Assembly (NCBI GenBank): GCA_964469645.1
Contig: CAYXZV010000001.1
Coordinates: 31,790-95,789 of the forward strand
Reading direction: 5' to 3'
DNA from: an uncultured Methanosarcinales archaeon
GTDB lineage: Archaea > Nanobdellota > Nanobdellia > Woesearchaeales > GW2011-AR4
DNA length: 64,000 nucleotides
The notes beneath the pieces were generated by a model, which was not told the origin of the DNA, did no database searches, and saw only the letters and a program-made list of their open reading frames with translations. Shown here piece by piece: positions 18,521 through 27,404 of this stretch; positions within the stretch are counted from its first letter, which is position 1, and every line of letters begins with the position of its first letter. The translations under genes were made by a program, and so were the position numbers.

Positions 18521-19960
18521 TTACTTAACTTCCAAAACAGCGCACCATTCATCCTCATAAACTGCTTTGTAGTTTTCTTTATTTCTTACGATGTAATTGA
18601 ATAGTTGAATATCCTGTTTTATTTTTCCAGAGAAGACATAATCAGGTTGGTAATCCTTTACAATATAATCTTCATTGCCTTTTGCTGTTCCCTCTAATAC
18701 TTCCATGTACCTCTCAAACTTTTCAGGCTCGTAAAGGTAAGAATAAGTTAAGTCTATGCCATGGGTGTAAATTATGTCGGAGTTTTTGAAAAATAGATAA
18801 GGGAATGCATAAGCGTTTGTGAAAACCAAAGAATTTTTTGGGATATTGTTTTTCATCCAATCCGCGCAGTTGTCGTAATTGTGGACAAAATCGTTGTTTG
18901 TTATATCCTGCCTCAATAAAGTAAAATTTAAGAGGGCGGCAATAACTAAAATCAATACTGCGCTTATTTTAATTACATTATAAAATTTTATTTTACTTAT
19001 TCTGTCATAATAATCATTAAACAAAAAAGCTAATGCGAGAATAGAGAACGGAACTAAAAATTCCTGCATCCTTCTCGACAATAAGGTGTAAACCAAGAAG
19101 AAAATGGTCAATGAAAAATACAATGTTTGGATTTTAGTTATTTTTTTATTCTTAAAAACTAAAAACAATGAAACTAAAATAAATAATAAAACTAAAATAT
19201 TATTTTTTATGAATTCAAACAATGTCCAGGGCTTCCATTCGACATTAAATAAATTTGCAATAAGATTTACCTTGAATATTTGTGTAAATAATAACAGAAT
19301 ATTATTCGGGAAATATGGATTTATTACTAAACCTAAAATCATTCCAACAAAGGGATACAATAATAATTTTAAATCAACTTTCTTTGAAAATATTTTTTCT
19401 GAAATTACGAATAAAATTATGATTAATATCTGAAATACAAAACTGCTGTGTATTGAGACAAAAACAAAAGATGTTATTGCTAAAAACAAATATTTTCTTT
19501 TTTGCAAGAAATAGATTGTAAGGATCAACAATGCTATAACTAGTGGCATCTGTCGAGGTAATAGGAATCTGAACATCAATGCTGAGGATGTAAAGAGATA
19601 CAACAAAGACCAGAAAAAAGGATATCTTATTCTGTTTTTATTCAAGAACCAATAAAAGATAATGAACGCTATTGCGCTGAATAAGATTGAGGCTAGTTTT
19701 GCTCCGAGAGTTAATCCGAAAAATGTAAACGGAATCAATAAAATCCTGAATAAGATCTGTATGTCTGCATAATTCTCTGATAATATAGTATGCTTTGCCC
19801 ATGGAAATTCCTTGACAAAGCCTTCTTCTTTGATAATATCTGCAGATTTTATATGGTAATAGCCGTCGAAACCTATTATATTGGGAATTGTAGACTGCAT
19901 TATGCTAAAAATGATAAGAAATGCTATAAATGTAAAAATTATCCTGGTTTTAGTTGACAT
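18521..19960 (-). CDS. Polytopic membrane protein, possible GT-C-type glycosyltransferase
   Basis: More than 10 hydrophobic segments followed by a soluble C-terminal domain. The function is only a guess from topology. Confidence 0.5.
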   Translation of the reverse strand: MSTKTRIIFTFIAFLIIFSIMQSTIPNIIGFDGYYHIKSADIIKEEGFVKEFPWAKHTILSENYADIQILFRILLIPFTFFGLTLGAKLASILFSAIAFIIFYWFLNKNRIRYPFFWSLLYLFTSSALMFRFLLPRQMPLVIALLILTIYFLQKRKYLFLAITSFVFVSIHSSFVFQILIIILFVISEKIFSKKVDLKLLLYPFVGMILGLVINPYFPNNILLLFTQIFKVNLIANLFNVEWKPWTLFEFIKNNILVLLFILVSLFLVFKNKKITKIQTLYFSLTIFFLVYTLLSRRMQEFLVPFSILALAFLFNDYYDRISKIKFYNVIKISAVLILVIAALLNFTLLRQDITNNDFVHNYDNCADWMKNNIPKNSLVFTNAYAFPYLFFKNSDIIYTHGIDLTYSYLYEPEKFERYMEVLEGTAKGNEDYIVKDYQPDYVFSGKIKQDIQLFNYIVRNKENYKAVYEDEWCAVLEVK

Positions 19961-20160
19961 TAAATAGGGTAATAATAGGCATTGTATAAATAAATTATGG
20001 GTATGGCTAATTAATATATTCTCTAGAATATGCTTGGAAGCAAAGATTTATAAAGAGTAATTGACAAATAGACGGTATAACCATTAAAGTTTGAGCATTG
20101 ATGTGCTATGAACTTGTATAATGGAATATATATATCAAAAAAGGTGACGTAACCGTAACA

Positions 20161-20168
20161 TTTAAATA
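20161..20168 (+). promoter_or_regulatory. TATA box of the S-layer gene
   Basis: TTTAAATA lies about 100 nt upstream of the ATG. A strong SD GGAGGTG at 20250-20256 implies a long leader. Confidence 0.45.
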
Positions 20169-20266
20169 TGATTGGTTTCATTCATGCTCATTAGGAACTC
20201 AGATCTATAGAGAGTTTCCTATAAGAATAATAAAAAACAAAAAAGCACTGGAGGTGTTTAGTTCAA

Positions 20267-22858
20267 ATGGAATTTAAAAAAGCGATTAAAAGGATTGTTG
20301 CTCTAGGTACAGGAGCATCTATGGTTGGAGCTACTCTTTTCGGAGCAATGGCTGCCGATTTAGCACAGTATCCAAACCAATTTATACAAGATGGTAAATT
20401 TACAGGAGTTCTAGTTGTAGGGGACAAAGCTGCAGCAGAAGATGTTATAGGTGTTTCAGATATAGCTGTTAGTCTACAGTTCGCAGCTACAACACCAGCT
20501 GAAGCTAGCGCAGCATCAGAAGCAGCTTCAGGAGATGCATGGAAAGTTGGAACAAGCACAAAAATTTTGGAAATCAGTGAGGATCTTGCAGACAGTGCTG
20601 GAAACAAAAGGGAAACCCTAAGAAACATTACAACATTTATAGATGATTCTGAGCTAGATGCTTTGGCATCTGGAACCATTTCAAACGGAAAAGGAGATGC
20701 GCCATATGACCAATACTTTTATCTTCTTGGTCCTGGAACAGATAGGACAATAGAGTCTGGTTATGTTGTCTATTTAGAAGACGATGCGGATGTTACAGCA
20801 GATTTCCTATATTTTAAAACAGGAACTGAAATAGGAAGATACCTATTAGAGTTTACAACCGCTCTTGAGTCAGACGTTGACGATAGTGCAGGAGCTGCAG
20901 CAACAACAGGTCTTTACCTGACAGACATGGAAGATATTGATGTTGAACTGTTTGGTAAGAGCTATACAATTGTACAAGCTAGGAGACCAACTGCTACTGG
21001 CGATGATATAAAATTAATTTTGATGGGCGGAGCAGTAAAAGATACCCTAGTGGAAGGAAGCACAAAAACATATACAATTGACGTAGTTGATTATGAGGTT
21101 ACAGTAGATTTCGTAGATGCAAACAGCGCTAAGTTTACTATAAATGGTGAAGGAACCAGAGACCTACTAGATGGAGAAACAGACAAGCTTGCTGATGGAA
21201 CAACTGTTGGAGTTTCAGAGATCCTATACCAGGATTATGCTGGTGGTGTGCATCAAGTAGAGTTTTTCATAGGCGCCCAAAAATTGGAGCTAAAAGATAC
21301 AGAGATAACTGATGCAGACTCATCTAACAGCCTTAAGGTTGACGATGATACAATAGATGATGCAGTTGTTATAATTGAGGGAAGTGATGACAACAGCACA
21401 TTTAAGATTGATAGGATTCATATCAATATGACAGCAGATGATGACTTTTTCGTGCCTGCTGGAGGCAAATTAAGCGAAAACCCAGATTTGGATGAGTCAG
21501 AAGTGTTGTTCACCAATAATTGGGATATAGAGTATAGAGGATTAAGTGATGAGCTAACAGAGGAAATAAGGCTAACAACCAGCGGTAACAAGAAATACAA
21601 ATTAAAATTCAAGGATGGAGGTGGCAATGAGGTAAGCCTTCCAATAATTGAAGCTGTTGCCGCTTCAAATCTTGAATTTGGAGAAAAAGACAAGGCTTTG
21701 ATTAATGCAGAGGCTAGGAATGTAACCGAAGATGACTACCTTATCTTAACCGATAGTACAGAAAACAGGGGAGAAAGAAAATCCTATGTGTTACAGTATA
21801 AGGGTGCAGATAAGTTAAGTGCTGATAGCCCAGTGCTGAAGTTTAAGGATTTGGGAAGTGGTGACACAATTGAGCAGAGTTATACAAACTCTTCGCCATT
21901 AGCAACATTGAAGATAGGTGGAGCTGACTACAGAGTTTTCCTTGGAGCTGACGCAGACGCTAGCAATAATGACTTTTACATCCAAGTTGATATGGATGCA
22001 AGTGGCGCTCTGAATACAGTTGTGAATGATACTGTAAACCTAACAACATGGTATGGTATGGAGATTGGAATAGAAAACGCTACTCAATTATCTACTACCG
22101 AATATGTCATTGTGTCATTCAAGACGCCAGATAATACTAGGGACGGAGGAAGTACACAGGATAATGTAGAGACACTACAGGCAACAGACTATGTAGTCAA
22201 TCTATCAGTTGACTCAAACACAAAAGTGGCTCTTGCTACTTTGAATGGTTATACAGCTGGTCAAGGCGGAACAGCTCTTAATGAGAGAACACCTGATGGA
22301 GAGACGGATGTGCAGTACTCGTATACTAGTTATGGAGCATTCATAACAAGAGAAAGCCCATCAAGCGAGCCTGGAACAGTGAAGATAGAATATCCAAAAG
22401 CACAAAGAGAAGCCGTGGTTTACATAACAACAAAAGGAACAAGCTTCTCAGCAGCAGCAGCAGCATCAAGCGGGGCTGTTACAGTGCAGAGGATAGATGT
22501 TGGAGCTACAAAGCTTGCTTCAGAAGTTCCAGACATCAATGCAGTAAACTCAATCCTTGTTGGAGGACCATGTGCTAACGCAGCATCTGCAACAGTACTA
22601 GGAAACCCAGCAGACTGTACAGCAGGATTTGAACCTGGTGTAGGAAAAGTTGAGTTGTATGATGTTGGTACTGGTAACGTAGCAATGTTAGTAGCAGGAT
22701 TTGCAGCAGAAGATACCAGAAATGCAGCAGCAGTTGTTGCTAACTCAGGTGACTACAGCCTATCAGGTGCTAAGATGGAAGTTAGAAAGGTTGGAACAAC
22801 CTTAACCGTTGCTGAACCAAGCGTAGCAGCACCAGCAGCTGACGCAGGAACTGAATAA
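20267..22858 (+). CDS. S-layer protein
   Basis: Signal MEFKKAIKRIVALGTGASMVGATLFGAMAADL. Ala/Thr/Asp/Gly-rich acidic protein. C-terminal ILVGGPCANAASA motif as in euryarchaeal S-layer proteins. Visibly more G+C than flanking genes. Confidence 0.8.
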   Translation: MEFKKAIKRIVALGTGASMVGATLFGAMAADLAQYPNQFIQDGKFTGVLVVGDKAAAEDVIGVSDIAVSLQFAATTPAEASAASEAASGDAWKVGTSTKILEISEDLADSAGNKRETLRNITTFIDDSELDALASGTISNGKGDAPYDQYFYLLGPGTDRTIESGYVVYLEDDADVTADFLYFKTGTEIGRYLLEFTTALESDVDDSAGAAATTGLYLTDMEDIDVELFGKSYTIVQARRPTATGDDIKLILMGGAVKDTLVEGSTKTYTIDVVDYEVTVDFVDANSAKFTINGEGTRDLLDGETDKLADGTTVGVSEILYQDYAGGVHQVEFFIGAQKLELKDTEITDADSSNSLKVDDDTIDDAVVIIEGSDDNSTFKIDRIHINMTADDDFFVPAGGKLSENPDLDESEVLFTNNWDIEYRGLSDELTEEIRLTTSGNKKYKLKFKDGGGNEVSLPIIEAVAASNLEFGEKDKALINAEARNVTEDDYLILTDSTENRGERKSYVLQYKGADKLSADSPVLKFKDLGSGDTIEQSYTNSSPLATLKIGGADYRVFLGADADASNNDFYIQVDMDASGALNTVVNDTVNLTTWYGMEIGIENATQLSTTEYVIVSFKTPDNTRDGGSTQDNVETLQATDYVVNLSVDSNTKVALATLNGYTAGQGGTALNERTPDGETDVQYSYTSYGAFITRESPSSEPGTVKIEYPKAQREAVVYITTKGTSFSAAAAASSGAVTVQRIDVGATKLASEVPDINAVNSILVGGPCANAASATVLGNPADCTAGFEPGVGKVELYDVGTGNVAMLVAGFAAEDTRNAAAVVANSGDYSLSGAKMEVRKVGTTLTVAEPSVAAPAADAGTE

Positions 22859-22894
22859 AGGAAGTAAAAAACTTCCTTAATTTTTTCTTTTTTT
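22858..22894. terminator. Hairpin plus T-run terminator shared by convergent genes
   Basis: AAGGAAGT-AAAAA-ACTTCCTT (22858-22878) followed by TTTTTTCTTTTTTT (22881-22894). Confidence 0.55.
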
Positions 22895-22924
22895 CTTATC
22901 TCTTTTATATTTTTAATTTCTTAG

Positions 22925-24178
22925 TTAGCTTAATAACTCTCCCAGAAATATATTGTGTTTAGTTCTTTTTATCTTTAGCTTTACAGATCCTTCTTGTTTG
23001 TAACAATTTGGGACAGAGATGAGCCGATTTTTAGGGAGGTTCGCGGGCAAGAGCTTGTCGCTCTTGCAATTCACGGCCAGCATTTCTTTGTTTAATCTAC
23101 CAGGGCATATGAGTTTTGCTTCTACAATGTCTCCTTTTTTGAACGGTTTCGGGTATTCTTTACATTCTTTTATCTTGAATCCCTGCTCATAAATGAGCTT
23201 TATACCATGTTTTTGCTCTAAATTACGCATTTTTTTGTAGAAAACGTCCATGTCTGCCCCTTTAACCGGATTTCTTCCAAGACGGTAATGCAGGAAGTTC
23301 TGTATGCCTATTCCTGGACAATTTTTTCCTGCGCCTACTTCCTTAGCAAATTTAGCCAGTTTGACAAGCTCATCATCATTATAACCTGGAAGCCATACCG
23401 GAGCTATGATAAGATCCATTTTTTTAGGTATGTACTTTGCAAGAGCCATGACTTTTTTTAGATTGTAAGGAAAACCTGCCATCTTGTCTGCTATTTGTTG
23501 GTCTAAAGCGTTTAGAGAAAGGTTTATTCTTGTTAATCCTGCAGTTGCAAGATCATCAATAAGCTTCTTGTAGAGCAAAGTTCCATTTGTGTCTATGGAA
23601 ATAGATTTTACCTGAGGTATTTTTGCTATGTCTGCCACTAGCTCAACCATATTTGCATATAATGTAGGTTCTCCCTGTGCATTTATGTGAGCATCTATAT
23701 AGTCTTCCTGCTTAAAATCCACAAGCTTTTTTAGCTCCTCTATTATATAGTCTTTCTCGACGATAAAATCGACTTTTCTTCTTGATAATGGCCCTTCGTC
23801 AACAGAACAGTATACACAGCCTAAGTTGCAGCTGGTTATTGGCTTGACTTCTATTGTGTTAGTGCCTCTGTCCACCAAACCAAAATAATTGGTGCCCATC
23901 AAAGGAATTCCGGAATTTTTGTGGACATAAACTGTTGTTTTATTGTTTAACCTGTTTTTAAGATGGAGAAATCCTTTTGACAGCAGCATGTTAAATTTTC
24001 TTTGTGCTTTTTTGTCGCTTATGCCTTTAAATTCAATTTTATTACCATTTACCTTGAAATTGCCAATAGTTTTGAGCATAGATCTATCTATTTCAAAATA
24101 AAATATCTTAAGGAAATTTACTTTTATCTTTTCATCCTTTTCCTCGAATGAAAGGTCCTTGAATTCCAGCTCTGCCAT
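22925..24178 (-). CDS. Radical SAM protein (archaeal COG2100-like)
   Basis: CNLGCVYCS CxxxCxxC cluster motif. 417 aa with a C-terminal beta-barrel-like extension. Confidence 0.8.
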   Translation of the reverse strand: MAELEFKDLSFEEKDEKIKVNFLKIFYFEIDRSMLKTIGNFKVNGNKIEFKGISDKKAQRKFNMLLSKGFLHLKNRLNNKTTVYVHKNSGIPLMGTNYFGLVDRGTNTIEVKPITSCNLGCVYCSVDEGPLSRRKVDFIVEKDYIIEELKKLVDFKQEDYIDAHINAQGEPTLYANMVELVADIAKIPQVKSISIDTNGTLLYKKLIDDLATAGLTRINLSLNALDQQIADKMAGFPYNLKKVMALAKYIPKKMDLIIAPVWLPGYNDDELVKLAKFAKEVGAGKNCPGIGIQNFLHYRLGRNPVKGADMDVFYKKMRNLEQKHGIKLIYEQGFKIKECKEYPKPFKKGDIVEAKLICPGRLNKEMLAVNCKSDKLLPANLPKNRLISVPNCYKQEGSVKLKIKRTKHNIFLGELLS

Positions 24179-24253
24179 GATATGCAGAAAAAAAGGAAAT
24201 TATATAAAGATATGCTCATAAATATAGCTGGATTTTAACGTTTGGGGGCAAGT

Positions 24254-24901
24254 ATGGAAACTAAGGAAGTCAATATCACTTATGAGACACTGTTTGAGTT
24301 GTTGAAAAGAGAGAAAGATAGAGCAGACTTGCAGAAACTGAACCCTAATTTTTTCAATGATTTTGTTGATTACCTGAATGAAAAGAAAAAAATACGGAGT
24401 AAAGAGGACTCTTTGTTTTCTTACGATGAGAAAAAGAAAGTTGAGAGGCAGATAGATAATGCCAAGAGGCTGATAAAGGAGATATATGAGAGGAGAGAAA
24501 AGAAAATATTGAACATTGCATTGATAAAAAGCAGGACAAAGTCAAATGTCATGGATACATCTGCTTTTCTTGAGAATGAGAAGAGACTTTTTGATGATGC
24601 GGTCAAAGTTTTGGATGTTTTTAGGAATGATATCATTGACAATATTCTAAATGAGAAACATATCTCTGAGACTGCAACGGAAAAAAAAGAAATAAGCCAG
24701 GAAACTAATGAGAATGCTGATAATAAAGAAAAATCGAAAGATACTAAACTGGTAAGATTCCTTTATGCAGTTCCAAAGTTTGTCGGGAAAGAACTGGAAG
24801 AATATGGTCCTTTCCAGGAAGAAGATATAGCTAATTTACCGTCGGAGATTGCTGAGCTTCTCATAAGCAAAGGCCGCGTAGAGGAAATTAAGGGGAATTG
24901 A
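24254..24901 (+). CDS. GINS-family DNA replication complex subunit (Gins51-like)
   Basis: N-terminal ITYETLFELLKREKDRADLQKLNPNFFNDFVDYL resembles the archaeal GINS A-domain. Start moved to the first ATG. Confidence 0.5.
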   Translation: METKEVNITYETLFELLKREKDRADLQKLNPNFFNDFVDYLNEKKKIRSKEDSLFSYDEKKKVERQIDNAKRLIKEIYERREKKILNIALIKSRTKSNVMDTSAFLENEKRLFDDAVKVLDVFRNDIIDNILNEKHISETATEKKEISQETNENADNKEKSKDTKLVRFLYAVPKFVGKELEEYGPFQEEDIANLPSEIAELLISKGRVEEIKGN

Positions 24902-24913
24902 ACCAGTTAATAG

Positions 24914-24988
24914 AAACCAGCGGAAAATGTTCCATTTTCTAGGTATTTGGAAATTCTTGGGAGGATTTCCAAAACCTTTTTAAATTAA
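24914..24988 (+). promoter_or_regulatory. Palindrome-rich module ending in a consensus BRE/TATA (copy 2), promoter of the rpl44e operon
   Basis: AAACCAGCGGAAAA at 24914-24927. Inverted repeat GAAAATG/CATTTTC. Inverted repeat TTTGGAAAT (24946-24954) / ATTTCCAAA (24965-24973), then ACCTTTTTAAATTAA. The ATG lies 20 nt downstream. Confidence 0.6.
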
Positions 24989-25007
24989 CTTTAGATTCTA
25001 GAATGAT

Positions 25008-25316
25008 ATGAAATTTCCAAAAACTATTAGAAGATACAATCCAAAACTTAGAAAGCATACTGTGCATAAGATTGTAGTTGTTAAGAGAAAAAATCCCGGA
25101 AGCATGACTTATGGAAGCAAGAATAGAGCTAAGAGAAGGGGAAGCGCCAGAGGTTTAGGAAATATGGGAAGATACAGCAAGCCGGCGATAACAAAATTCA
25201 AGATGACCGGAAAAAAGAGTAGCAAGAAAGTAGATTTAAGGTATGAATGCACAGAAACTAAGAAGCAGCATGCCAGGAAAGAAGGTTTCAGGACAAAGAA
25301 ACTTGAGTTTAAGTGA
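25008..25316 (+). CDS. rpl44e: Ribosomal protein L44e (eL42)
   Basis: The pattern KTIRRYNPKLRKHTVHK ... KKVDLRYECTETKKQHARKEGFRTKKLEF matches L44e. Three of the four usual zinc-ligand cysteines are replaced. Confidence 0.85.
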   Translation: MKFPKTIRRYNPKLRKHTVHKIVVVKRKNPGSMTYGSKNRAKRRGSARGLGNMGRYSKPAITKFKMTGKKSSKKVDLRYECTETKKQHARKEGFRTKKLEFK

Positions 25317-25328
25317 TGAGGAATACAA

Positions 25329-25508
25329 ATGACAAGAGAGCCTACAAGCAAATTCATAAAGATAAGATGCCCTAAATGCAAGAATGAGCAAGTGATGTTC
25401 GGTAAAGCATCTTCAAGAGTCATATGTTTGGTATGTGGTAAAATACTGGCTGATCCTACTGGTGGAAAAAGCAGAGTCAAAGCCAGAATTCTAGAAGTGC
25501 TTGAATAA
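25329..25508 (+). CDS. rps27e: Ribosomal protein S27e (eS27), 59 aa, not in ORF track
   Basis: My translation: MTREPTSKFIKIRCPKCKNEQVMFGKASSRVICLVCGKILADPTGGKSRVKARILEVLE. C4 zinc ribbon CPKC...CLVC. Conserved position after rpl44e. Confidence 0.9.
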   Translation: MTREPTSKFIKIRCPKCKNEQVMFGKASSRVICLVCGKILADPTGGKSRVKARILEVLE

Positions 25509-25521
25509 ACTTATATTCAAA

Positions 25522-26304
25522 ATGCTGTTACAAAAGAAAGGATTTCCTGAAGAAGACGAACTTGTTATGTGCACCGTTACAAAAGTGCAGTTTCATTCTG
25601 TTTTTGCTAATTTAGACGAATACGGAAAAGGCGGGATGATACACATTTCTGAGGTAAGCCCAGGTAGAATAAGAAATATAAGAGATTTTGTAAAAGAAGG
25701 GAAGAAGGTAGTGTGCAAAGTTTTGAGAATCAATACCGAGAGGGGTCATATAGACCTGTCTTTGAGAAGAGTGACTGAGACGCAAAAAAGAAAAAAAGTA
25801 GATGGAATAAAGCAGCAGCAGAAATCAGAAAAGATTTTGGAATTTGTTTCTAAGGATCTTAAACTGGACGTAAAAGAGCTGTATGAAAAAATAACCAAGA
25901 ATATATCCGAGAAATATGAATCGCTTTATGATTTTTTTCAACAGATAGTTACAGACAGCGATGCAATCAAGGATGCTGATCTTGATGCAAAGACAGCAAA
26001 GAAGCTCGAAGAAGCGGTTAAGTCAAGGATCAAGGAAGTAAGCGTCAAGATCGAGGGTAAGCTGAAATTAACCAGTTATGCCGGAAATGGCGTGGATATT
26101 GTTAAGGAAGCTCTTGGAAAGGCAGAGGAATCAGGAAAGGAAAATCTGTCAATAAAATACCTAGGTGCAGGCATATATGGTGTCATTGCTACTGCAAAAG
26201 ATTACAAGGAAGCTGAGAAGTTAATTAAAGAGAGTTCCGAAAAAGCGTTGAATCATGTAAGGGAAAATGAAGGGGAAGGAGAATTTGAGAGAGTAGAAGC
26301 ATGA
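25522..26304 (+). CDS. eif2a: Translation initiation factor aIF-2 alpha
   Basis: N-terminal S1 domain (GFPEEDELVMCTVTKVQFHSVFANLDEYG..GMIHISEVS..RIRNIRDFVKEG). Start moved to the ATG at 25522. Confidence 0.9.
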   Translation: MLLQKKGFPEEDELVMCTVTKVQFHSVFANLDEYGKGGMIHISEVSPGRIRNIRDFVKEGKKVVCKVLRINTERGHIDLSLRRVTETQKRKKVDGIKQQQKSEKILEFVSKDLKLDVKELYEKITKNISEKYESLYDFFQQIVTDSDAIKDADLDAKTAKKLEEAVKSRIKEVSVKIEGKLKLTSYAGNGVDIVKEALGKAEESGKENLSIKYLGAGIYGVIATAKDYKEAEKLIKESSEKALNHVRENEGEGEFERVEA

Positions 26305-26309
26305 GAATT

Positions 26310-26372
26310 GTGCATGCCTGCACACTAGCGTATAGGGTGATGTTCGCTACGCTCAATCACCCGAGACTGTGG
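26310..26372 (+). repeat. GC-rich motif copy B (GTGC ATGCCT GCACAC TAGC ...) with a downstream hairpin
   Basis: GTGCATGCCTGCACACTAGCG followed by GGGTGAT-N14-ATCACCC. Sits in the 78-nt gap between eif2a and nop10. Confidence 0.5.
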
Positions 26373-26382
26373 TATGTAAAAA

Positions 26383-26556
26383 ATGAAAACCATAATGAAA
26401 TGCGAGAAATGCGGAAGATATACAATGAAAGATGTTTGCGTTTGCAAGGGTAAAAGTCTGACACCAAAACCTGCTAAATTCAGCGTAGAAGATAAATATG
26501 GGAGTTACAGAAGAAAAGCCAAACTTAATTTTTTTAAGGAAGAAGATCTACTATGA
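26383..26556 (+). CDS. nop10: H/ACA RNP protein Nop10, 57 aa, not in ORF track
   Basis: My translation: MKTIMKCEKCGRYTMKDVCVCKGKSLTPKPAKFSVEDKYGSYRRKAKLNFFKEEDLL. Zinc ribbon plus the PxKFSxxDKY Nop10 signature. The stop overlaps the next ATG. Confidence 0.9.
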   Translation: MKTIMKCEKCGRYTMKDVCVCKGKSLTPKPAKFSVEDKYGSYRRKAKLNFFKEEDLL

Positions 26557-27350
26557 GCACATGGAAAATTGATCAAATAGGGAAAAAACCAAAACTTAAC
26601 AATCCTATATTGATAGAGGGTTTGCCGGGTATTGGTAATGTGGGCAAGGTTGCTGTAGATTTTTTAGTAGATGAGCTAAAAGCAAAAAAATTGTATGAGG
26701 TAACATCTCACTCTTTTCCGCATTCTGTCTTTGTCAATGAAGATAATTTGGTGGAGCTGCCTATGATAGAGATATTCTACAAGAAATTTAATGGCAAAAA
26801 ACAGGATCTTATACTTTTAGGAGGAGATGTACAGCCTACTGATGAAGTGAGCAGCTATGAATTTTCTGACAAAGTTCTTGGCATAGCAGAGCAGTTTAAG
26901 GGCAGTGAGATAATAACCTTGGGAGGCATTGGCCTTGCAGAAGTTCCTAAAAAACCCAAAGTTTATTGCACTGGCAACACAAAAAAGATAATCCAGAAAT
27001 ACAAGAGTGGAATGGTAAATGACAAGCTATATGGCGTTGTCGGTCCAATTGTCGGTGTGTCTGGTTTATTGGTTGGCTTGGCAAGAAAAAGAAATATGGA
27101 TGCTATAACATTTTTGTCAGAGACTTATGGTCATCCGATGTATCTTGGAATCAAAGGAGCGATGGAAATCCTTAAGGTTTTGGATAAACAATTAAAACTC
27201 AACATAAATATGGGCAGATTAAATAAGGAAATAAAAGAGATAGAATCTGATTTGTTGGGAAGGACAGAGCAGATAAGCGAAGTAGCAAGACAGACTGCTT
27301 TGAAGAAGCTGAAAGGCAAGATTGGTGAAGGTGTAGACTATATAGGATAA
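26553..27350 (+). CDS. PAC2-family proteasome assembly chaperone (COG1938)
   Basis: LIEGLPGIGNVGKVAVDFL motif. Conserved archaeal position after nop10. Confidence 0.75.
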   Translation: MSTWKIDQIGKKPKLNNPILIEGLPGIGNVGKVAVDFLVDELKAKKLYEVTSHSFPHSVFVNEDNLVELPMIEIFYKKFNGKKQDLILLGGDVQPTDEVSSYEFSDKVLGIAEQFKGSEIITLGGIGLAEVPKKPKVYCTGNTKKIIQKYKSGMVNDKLYGVVGPIVGVSGLLVGLARKRNMDAITFLSETYGHPMYLGIKGAMEILKVLDKQLKLNINMGRLNKEIKEIESDLLGRTEQISEVARQTALKKLKGKIGEGVDYIG

Positions 27351-27404
27351 AGATTCCAAAATATTTATAAATAATGATTCTAGTTCTGAGTAAAAGGTGG
27401 TTTT

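Noticed and set aside
20263-20679. 138-aa minus-strand ORF overlapping the S-layer gene start
   Set aside because: It is an artefact of the Ala/Ser-rich, GC-richer coding sequence on the other strand, and no start context supports it.
26305-26382. Possible H/ACA guide sRNA directly upstream of nop10
   Set aside because: It is tempting given the neighbour. However, there is no ACA box after the basal stem, the putative pocket is very asymmetric (9 vs 4 nt), and there is no clear K-turn or K-loop.
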